This document shows, piece after piece, positions 1-8,500 of a DNA stretch of 64,000 nt. Each line of letters opens with the position of its first letter. The first letter of the stretch is position 1. Under the pieces are notes generated by a model. It was given only the letters and a program-made list of their open reading frames with translations. It searched no databases and was not told the DNA's origin. The DNA comes from an uncultured Gemmatimonadota bacterium (lineage in GTDB: Bacteria; JAAXHH01). Location: positions 3,488,001-3,552,000 of the forward strand of contig OX638340.1 in the NCBI GenBank assembly GCA_951812955.1, written 5' to 3'. Both the position numbers and the translations under genes were made by a program.

Positions 1-2
1 AC

Positions 3-1259
3 GCGGCGCACATCGAGACGGGCTCGCTTTCGGTGTCCCCCGTGCCGGTGGATCTGGCCGCCATGCTGGATCAGGCGAGGAACATGTTCATCGGCGTAGG
101 GCACAGGAATCCCGTCCTGATCGATATGCCCGCCGATCTGCCCAGGGTGCGGGCGGACCAGCAGCGCATCGTACAGGTCATCAGCAACCTGCTGTCCAAC
201 GCCGCGCGGCATTCGCCCGAAACATCCACCATTCGGGTGGAGGCGGCGCTGAAGGAACATCTTGTGGAGGTATCGGTCGTGGACGAGGGGTCCGGCATAC
301 CGACCGAGCGCCTGCCCCACCTGTTCAGGAAGTATGCCCGGAGCGACCGCGACGACCGTAGGGTCGGCCCCGGCCTGGGCCTGGCCATCTGCAAGGGCCT
401 GGTGGAGGCCCATGGCGGCCGCATCTGGGCCGAAAGCGTGGAAGCTGGCCCGGGTACGCGGTTCACCTTTTCGATTCCTGTGGCCGAGGAGGTCGAGCCC
501 GCGGCGGCGGACTATGGTTGGAGTCAGGCCTCCTCGCCCGGACGCTCCGGCCAAAGGAAACCAGCCATCCTCGTAGTGGACGACGATCCCCAGGCATTGG
601 TATACACGCGGAGCGTACTGGAGAACGCGGGGTACCACGCACTTGTGACCGGCGATCCGGAAAAGGTCCAGAACCTCATCGAGGCTCGCCAGCCCGATCT
701 CGTCCTGCTTGATCTGGTGCTGCCCGGTACAGATGGAATCAAGATGATGCAGAGCATGTCGGCCCTGTCTGAACGGCCGGTCATCTTCCTTTCCGCATAC
801 GGAAGAGACGAGACCATCGCCAGGGCTTTGGAAATCGGAGCGGCGGATTACGTGGTCAAGCCGTTCTCGCCCACCGAACTGATCGCAAGGATCCGCGCTG
901 CCCTGCGCAAGGACGCCGGGCCGCCCGAACCGTTCAAACTTGGCGAACTGGCCATAAACTACGACGAAAGGCGCGTGGTGTTCAAAGGTAGCCCGGTAAA
1001 AATGACGGCCACCGAGTACGACGTGCTCCGGGTCCTTACCGCCAACGCCGGCAAGGCGGTAACCTATGACCAGTTGCTGAGAAACGTCTGGCAGTCGCGC
1101 AATACCGGTGATGCCAGGGTGGTTCGCGCCGTCGTGAAGAAACTACGCAGCAAACTGGGCGACGAGGTGAAAAATCCCCGGTACATCTTTACGGAATCCC
1201 GTGTGGGTTACCGCATGGCCAAACCCGATGGAGCCCCTGATCCTGAAGACGCTCTGTAG
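3..1259 (+). CDS. Sensor histidine kinase C-terminal half (HATPase_c) fused in one polypeptide to an OmpR/KdpE-type response regulator (REC + winged-helix). The 5' end lies outside the window
   Basis: The frame is open from nt 3 (..AAHIETGSLSV..), so the Met at 33 is internal. ATP-lid motifs are present: NLLSNAARHS, VVDEGSGIP, GPGLGLAICKGLVEAHGG. A receiver follows (ILVVDDDP ... DLVLLDLVLPGTDG ... KPF), then a wHTH (MTATEYDVLRVL ... RVGYRM). TAG stop at 1257-1259. Confidence 0.9.
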   Translation, partial: AAHIETGSLSVSPVPVDLAAMLDQARNMFIGVGHRNPVLIDMPADLPRVRADQQRIVQVISNLLSNAARHSPETSTIRVEAALKEHLVEVSVVDEGSGIPTERLPHLFRKYARSDRDDRRVGPGLGLAICKGLVEAHGGRIWAESVEAGPGTRFTFSIPVAEEVEPAAADYGWSQASSPGRSGQRKPAILVVDDDPQALVYTRSVLENAGYHALVTGDPEKVQNLIEARQPDLVLLDLVLPGTDGIKMMQSMSALSERPVIFLSAYGRDETIARALEIGAADYVVKPFSPTELIARIRAALRKDAGPPEPFKLGELAINYDERRVVFKGSPVKMTATEYDVLRVLTANAGKAVTYDQLLRNVWQSRNTGDARVVRAVVKKLRSKLGDEVKNPRYIFTESRVGYRMAKPDGAPDPEDAL

Positions 1260-1313
1260 TCCAGTGTGGCGGAGTAGACCAATGTTGCGGAGTAGCCCAG
1301 CGTTGCGGACATG
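1248..1313 (+). repeat. 18-nt tandem repeat (about 3.5 copies) straddling the stop codon of the HK-RR gene
   Basis: Units are gacgctctgtagtccagt / gtggcggagtagaccaat / gttgcggagtagcccagc / gttgcggacatg. They place three in-frame TAGs at 1257, 1275 and 1293. Confidence 0.7.
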
Positions 1314-1342
1314 TTAACTTCGACGAGCAGACCGCCAGGCCC

Positions 1343-1475
1343 ACGCGCATTCTTCAGGCATATTCTTCAGGCATATTCCTCACGCACATTCCTCGTACGC
1401 ATCCCACACGCGCATCCCTTACGCGTATCCCTCTCCCGCGTGTTTCTTACGCGCAATCCCTCCCGCACATCCCTT
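1343..1475. repeat. Degenerate short-period (about 11-15 nt) tandem array between convergent genes
   Basis: Read by eye: gcgcattcttcag gcatattcttcag gcatattcctcac gcacattcctcgtac gcatcccacac gcgcatcccttac gcgtatccctctccc gcgtgtttcttac gcgcaatccctccc gcacatccctta. Confidence 0.6.
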
Positions 1476-2205
1476 AGAAATTCAATACGTTCGAACGGTA
1501 TCGCAATGGATCGTGTTCTATATATCCACCCGATAATGTGTGTTCGCCTAACGTAACATCACCGACCATTCTGTAGAGTCCGGACTCGGTCGGCGTGTAT
1601 ACGCATAGCCGGTTATCGTTGCGCACCGTTCCAGGTATGGTCGTCCAGCCGAATTCGTCCTGACGTTGCCACCTTGAATGGTGAAACTGGTATTGTACCC
1701 TCTCGTAAACAGATTGAGGATCGACTTCAATACAGGAACCGGAACCCTGCGCGGACAATTCAAAGAACTCCACGCTATCTGTAGTGACGATCAGCCTGGG
1801 CAATATGTGATAGCTTTCGTCATCGTCGGGATGGGCTGGAGCGTTTACCGTTACGGCAATGGTGATCGTGGCACTGTTCCCGCCGGGGTCGGAGGCATTG
1901 ACGGAAGCCGTAGCGCTTCCCTCGGCCAATGGCGTGATCGTCAGGACCGAACCGGACATGGCGACCGAAAGGACCGATGTATCGCTCGATTCCGCCGAGT
2001 ATCTCAGGGACCGCTCCTCGGGATCCTTGAAGGCCGTCGCGAAATCAATCATCAAACGCTCTTGCTCGGCAGTCAGCGTCTGCGCTTCAAAGGTCTCGAC
2101 AACCGTGGGCGGGAAATCCTGTGGGGGTCTTGGCTCTACGCTTTTCTCGCCGCCGCATCCCATGGCCAGGGAAACCAGCAGCATAGACATCGTAATGAAT
2201 TTCAT
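1474..2205 (-). CDS. Secreted lipoprotein with a bacterial Ig-like/cadherin-like domain, function unknown
   Basis: 243-aa ORF with lipobox MKFITMSMLLVSLAMGCGGE and an AAGGAGGGAG SD just upstream. The stretch YSAESSDTSVLSVAMSGSVLTITPLAEGSATASVNASDPGGNSATITIAVTV is Ig-like-repeat-like. Confidence 0.75.
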   Translation of the reverse strand: MKFITMSMLLVSLAMGCGGEKSVEPRPPQDFPPTVVETFEAQTLTAEQERLMIDFATAFKDPEERSLRYSAESSDTSVLSVAMSGSVLTITPLAEGSATASVNASDPGGNSATITIAVTVNAPAHPDDDESYHILPRLIVTTDSVEFFELSAQGSGSCIEVDPQSVYERVQYQFHHSRWQRQDEFGWTTIPGTVRNDNRLCVYTPTESGLYRMVGDVTLGEHTLSGGYIEHDPLRYRSNVLNF

Positions 2206-2221
2206 GGGTTTCTCCCTCCTT

Positions 2222-2330
2222 ATCGAAATGCCCGATCTTTCACGAATCCCGCTTCACTAACGTCTGAATGACCTGGTACCTCCCCAAGTAAGACTGACCG
2301 TGTCCCATACGGCCGATTTCCATTTTATCA
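2222..2330 (-). pseudogene. Short relic homologous to the IS5-like transposase remnant at 36061-36433. It is part of a duplicated upstream block
   Basis: About 110 nt align at roughly 70-85% identity by eye with 36341-36440, for example tcgaaatgcccgatctttcacgaatcccgcttcactaacgtc versus tcgaaagcccggatctgccacgaatcccgctttactaccgtc. No intact ORF. Confidence 0.3.
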
Positions 2331-2536
2331 CATATAATACCAATAATATCACATAAAGATCATATATAACGGGTTTGGGATCCGGATAATTGTCGTGTCG
2401 GGTAAGTTTTCCGTTGTTATTCATTATTATGATTCATAATTATGTATATATCAATTCCTAAAATTACGGCTCGTTCTTTAGTGAACATACGTGGCGGCAT
2501 TTACTTCGCCATGTTTCATCCAAGGAGCGTACTTCG

Positions 2537-5500
2537 ATGTTTTTCGAGTCCCGACGGACTTTTAGGCGGTTCGGACGCGCCCGCGTCCAGTTGCTCGTTT
2601 CCCTGTCCTTAATCCTTGCCCTATCCTTGCTCGTCACGTGCGCCAGGGACAACCCCACGCAGTCCCGGTCCGCGGTCACGGCCCGGGTCGTGGTCACGCC
2701 CGAGACCACGGACCTGGCATCGGCAGGACAGTCCGTGCTTCTCAGCGCCCAGGCGCTTGACGACGCCGGCCTGGAAGTCTCGGAGACTCCTGTCACCTGG
2801 CGCAGCAGCGACCCGTCCGTTGCAAGTGTGAGCAAGAACGGCGTGGTCATCGCTACCGGCGAAGGCAGCGTGGTCATAACGGCCATGGCCGGCCAGAAGA
2901 CGGGAAGCGCGCGGGTGACGGTGTCGGATCCGGTGAGGCGGGCCCTGGTCGCCCTGTACAGGGCCACGGGCGGCGAGAACTGGAAGAACAGCGCGAACTG
3001 GCTCAGCGATGAACCCGTTCAGAGATGGCATGGGGTGACAACCGCTGCCGCGGGTAGCGCGTCGGGAACGCGTCCGCGCGCCGATGCGGCTGGCGCGGCG
3101 CTGAATCTGCCCGACAACGGCCTGTCTGGTACGATCCCGCCGGAACTGGGCGACCTGGTCCATCTGCGCGAACTGGACCTGTCCAACAACGGGTTGACGG
3201 GATCGATTCCACCGGAACTGGGCAACCTGTTCCGGCTCGAATTGCTGGATCTCTCCGGTAACCGGTTGTCCGGACCTGTCCCTGCGGAACTGGGCAATTT
3301 GTTTGTCCTGAAGTCTCTGCAACTACAGGACAACGCCGGATTATCCGGTCCCCTTCCTGTTTCTTTCTCCGGCCTGACGGGTCTGGAGACCATGGACCTG
3401 TCGGGCACGGGATTGTGCGCGCCGGCGAACGCGGGGCTTCAGAGGTGGCTCGGAGGAGTGACGACAAGACGGGGCGTCGCGAACTGCGGAGCCGTTGCCG
3501 AACAGGACCGGAAGGCGCTGATCGCGCTGTACGAGACCACGGACGGCCCGAACTGGACGAACAAGACGAACTGGCTGAGCGGGGCCGCTCTCGACCGTTG
3601 GTACGGAGTCTCCACCAACGCGGAAGGGCGTGTAACCGCCCTGCGTCTTTCCGGCAACCGGCTGTCCGGACTCATTCCGACGGCGCTGGGCAACCTAGCC
3701 GCGCTGGTTTCCCTGGACCTCGGGAGCAATGAGCTTTCCGGTACCATACCCGGGGTGTTGGGCAACCTGTCCGCGCTGGTTTCTCTGGACCTGTCCGACA
3801 ACCGGCTGTCGGGACCGATCCCGACAGTCCTGCTCACCCTACATAATCTGCAGACGCTGGACCTGTCCGGCAACCTGTTCGATCTTGAGGAGTCCACGGA
3901 CCGCGACGCCCTGGTCGCCCTGTACAACGCCACAGACGGTCCGAACTGGGTGCGAAAAGACAACTGGCTGAGCGACAGGCCGCTGGGCGAATGGTACGGG
4001 GTGACTACAGACTCTACGGGGAGGGTGACGGAACTTAATCTATGGACTCTAGATGAAGATAACAGATCCGCTAGCAATGGGTTGGCAGGTAGTATCCCGC
4101 CAGAGTTGGGCAACCTGACTAAACTGACACAGCTGGATCTTCGTCGCAATAGGTTATCGGGTAGTATACCACCGGAATTGGGCAACCTGACCAAACTGAA
4201 AACTCTGAGCCTTTCCATCAACGAGTTGTCAGGCCGCATCCCACCGGAACTGGGCAACCTGACCAACCTGATCTGGTTGTGGCTCGACCGTAATCAGTTG
4301 TCAGGCCGCATCCCACCCGAACTAGGTAGCCTGATCAAGTTGGATCAACTGTGGTTACAAGGAAATCAGTTGTCAGGCAGTATTCCATCGGAACTGGGCA
4401 ACTTGAGTAGCCTGAGGCAGCTAGCTCTTATGTCCAGCGGTTTGTCGGGCAGTATACCAGCGGAACTGGGCCGCCTGACCAACCTGATCTGGTTGTGGCT
4501 CGAAGATAATCAACTGTCAGGCCGCATCCCTTCAGAGTTGGGCAATCTGACCCGCCTGGAATCCCTGAGTCTTAACGGAAATGAGTTATCGGGCAGTCTC
4601 CCTTCGGAGTTGGGCAACCTGAGCAACCTGAAACGCCTGTATCTTTTTGACAATACCAATCTGTCGGGTCCGCTGCCCGATTCATTCACTCATCTCAATA
4701 TCGCCAGCCTGTTTCTACGTGGCACGGGGTTGTGTGTGCCGACGGACGCCGCGTTCCAGGCGTGGCTGCAGGGAATCAGGAATAAGGATGGTGTGGTGAA
4801 CTGCACGCTCGCGACGGATGATCGCGACGCCCTGGTCGCCCTGTACAACGCCACCGACGGGCCGAACTGGCGGAACGGCAGGAACTGGCTGAGTGACAGG
4901 CCGCTCGAAGAGTGGTACGGGGTCTCCACCAACGCGGAAGGACGCGTGGACAGCCTGAAGCTATTAGGAAATCGGCTATCGGGCAGCATTTCATCGGAAT
5001 TGGGTAACCTGAGCAACCTGCAAGTCCTGGATCTTCAACGCAATACTGGTTTGTCAGGCAGCATCCCGCCGGAGTTGGGCAATCTGACCAACCTGGAAGT
5101 GCTTGAATTTGATAGAGTTCCTTTGTCAGGCAGCATCCCGCCGGAGTTGGGCAAATTGAGGAACCTGCGTTATCTGGGTCTTTCCCGTAACCAGTTGTCA
5201 GGCCAGGTCCCATCAGAGTTGGGAAACCTGACCAATCTGGAAGTTCTGTGGCTTCACTTCAACGCCAATCTGTCCGGTTCTCTGCCCGCGTCACTCACTG
5301 ATCTCGATAAACTCCGAATCGTGAATCTACGAGGAACCGGGTTGTGCGCGCCGACGGACGCTGCGTTCCAGGCATGGCTGCAGGGCATAGGGAGCAAGAG
5401 TGGTGTGGTGAACTGCGACCCGGTGGGCCCTGTCCCGGGGGACGACCGCGCCGTCCTGGTCGCCCTGTACAACGCCACGGACGGGCCGAACTGGCGGAAC

Positions 5501-8500
5501 GGCACGAACTGGCTGAGTGACAGGCCGCTGAACGAGTGGTATGGGGTCGAGACCAACGCGGCGGGAAGGGTGACGGAACTGAGTCTTTTCGAAGTCGATG
5601 CAAACAACAGGCTAGTTCCCTACGGATTGTCGGGAAGCATTCCGCCGGAACTGGGCAACCTGAGCGAGTTGCAGGCACTGTATCTTCACGGCAACGAGTT
5701 GTCAGGCCGTATCCCGCCGCAACTGGGAAATCTGAGTAAACTTGTAGCCCTGGGCCTTTCCGAAAACGACTTGTCTGGCCGCATTCCGCCGGAACTGGGC
5801 AGTTTGAGTGAGCTAACACACCTGTGGCTTTATGGAAACCAGTTAACGGGCGGTGTCCCTTCGTCCCTGGGCAACCTGAGCAAACTGGAACGCCTGTATC
5901 TACATGCCAACAGCGGGCTTACCGGTCCCTTGCCTGATTCGTTCACCCAACTCAAACAACTGTTTCTACTGAGGCAGGACGGCACGGGCTTGTGCGTTCC
6001 GACAGACACCGCATTCCAGGAGTGGCTTGCTGGAATTCAAGTCAAGACAGGGGTGGTGAACTGCTCGACTCCCGACTCGGACGACCGTGCTGCCCTGATT
6101 GCGCTTTACAACGCCACCGACGGGCCGAACTGGCTTTTCAGCACGAACTGGCTGAGCGACAGGCCGCTCGAAGCGTGGTACGGGGTTACGACCGATGCGA
6201 CGGGTCGCGTTGTTCGGCTGAGTCTACCCGACAACCAGTTATCGGGTTCTATCCCCGCGCAACTGGGCAACCTGAGCAAGTTGAGAGATCTGACCTTGCG
6301 CAGCAACCCTTTATCGGGCCGTATCCCGCCTGAGTTGGGCAACCTGAACAACCTCGAACTGGTTGATTTTCAAGGCATCAGGTTTACGGGAAGTATCCCT
6401 CCGGAACTGGGTAACCTGACCAACCTGGAACATCTGTACATTACCTTCAGCCCGTTGTCAGGGAGTATCCCTCCAGAGTTGGGTAACATGACCAATCTGA
6501 AATCGCTCAACCTTTGGGGCAATCAGTTGTCAGGGCGTATTCCTTCTGAACTGGGCAACCTGACCAACCTGACATGGCTGGCTCTCAGCAACAATCAGTT
6601 GTCGGGCAGCATCCCTTCGGCCCTTGGCAACCTGAGCAATCTGCAAGGGTTGCTTCTTGACGGCAACTCCGCTCTGTCGGGTCCGCTTCCCGCTTCTTTC
6701 ACCGGTCTCGACCGGGTCGGGCGACTGGATCTTCTTGGTACGGGGCTGTGCGTGCCAACGGACGCAGCACTCCAGGCATGGCTCCAGGGGATCGGAACCA
6801 AGAGCGGTGTCGAGAACTGCACGCCCTCCGACTCGGACGACCGCGCCGCCCTGGTCGCCCTGTATAACGCGACCGACGGACCGAACTGGACGAGAAACGA
6901 CAACTGGCTGAGCGACCGGCCGCTGGGAGAGTGGTACGGGGTGACCACCGACTCTGAGGGTAGAGTGACACAGCTGCGGTTCGTAGGTGCAGATGGTTTA
7001 AGTGGCAACGGATTGTCGGGTTCGATCCCCCCGGAACTGGGAAGCCTGAGCGACCTGACATGGCTGAGCCTTCAGCATAACCAGTTGTCGGGCAGCATCC
7101 CTTCTACACTGGGAGACCTGAATAACCTGAGATGGCTGCAACTTTACAATAACCAGTTGTCAGGCAGCATCCCATCTGCACTGGGTAACCTGAGCAATCT
7201 GCAAGAGCTGACCCTTTACCGTAACCAGTTGTCGGGCAGCATCCCATCTGCGCTGGGCAACCTGGGCAACCTGCAAACCCTGGCTCTTAGAAACAACCAG
7301 TTGTCGGGCAGCATTCCATCTGCGCTGGGCAACCTGAGCAACCTGCAAACCCTGGATCTTCAAGTAAACACGGGCCTGACCGGTCCTCTGCCAGCCTCCC
7401 TCACAAATCTCGATGAACTGAATTACCTGTCTCTAAACGGCACAGGGTTGTGTGCACCGACGGAAGCGGCGTTCCAGTCATGGCTCGACGGGATACCAAA
7501 CAAGAGCGTTGTGGTGAACTGCTTCGTGGAGCAGGAAGACCGTGACGCCCTGGTCGCACTGTACAACGCCACGGATGGACCGAACTGGATGAACAACACG
7601 AACTGGCTGAGCGACGACCCGATTGGCAATTGGTACGGGGTGACCACCAACGCCGAAGGGAGGGTAACACGTCTTGGCCTGTACACTATAGTCAACAATA
7701 CATTTACCAGCAACGGTTTGTCCGGTCGCATCCCGCCGGAACTGGGCCGGCTGAGTAAGCTGGAAGTCCTTCGGCTTAGTCCAAACGAGTTGTCCGGTTC
7801 GATCCCGTCGGAGCTGAGCAACCTGAGCAACTTGACACGGCTTGAACTTGGCGGTAATGAGTTGTCGGGCAGCATTCCGCCGGAGTTGGGCAACCTGAGC
7901 AAACTGACAAGTCTGGGTCTTGCCGTCAATGAGTTGTCAGGTAGCATCCCGCCCGAGTTGGGTAATCTGACCAACCTGGAAGAATTGTATCTTCGCAACA
8001 ACACCGGCCTGTCGGGTCCTCTGCCCCATTCGTTCACTCATCTCGAAGATCTCAACGAACTGCTTATGGATGGAACGGGACTGTGCGTGCCGGCGGACGC
8101 CGAGTTTCAGGCGTGGCTAGACGGTATTCAAGGCAGGAAATGGGGGGTGGTGAATTGCGTCTCGCCTTCACCGGACCGTGACGCCCTGGTCGCACTGTAC
8201 AACGCCACGGATGGACCGAACTGGATGAACAACACGAACTGGCTGAGCGACAGGCCGATCGGAGAGTGGTACGGCGTGAGCGTAGACGCCGAAGGGAGCG
8301 TAACAAGCCTTCGCCTGTTCACTGATTCAACATCCAGCAACGCGTTTACCGGCAACGGGTTGTCGGGCAGCATCCCGCCGGAACTGGGTAACCTGGGCAG
8401 CTTACAATCGCTGGATCTTCGCTTCAACAGGTTGTCGGGGAGCATCCCTTCGGCCCTGGGCAACCTGGGGAACTTACAATCGCTGGATCTTCGCTTCAAT

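Noticed and set aside
3439-4266. Long antisense ORFs inside the LRR genes with their own repeat pattern (RLPNSGGMLPDN...). Examples: 3439-4266c, 7423-8037c, 8638-9507c, 10656-11267c, 43623-44336c, 46861-47637c, 47695-48408c.
   Set aside because: They are mirror-frame translations of the periodic LRR coding sequence in GC-rich DNA. They have no SD or signal features, and every one lies fully inside a far longer sense ORF with coherent domain structure.
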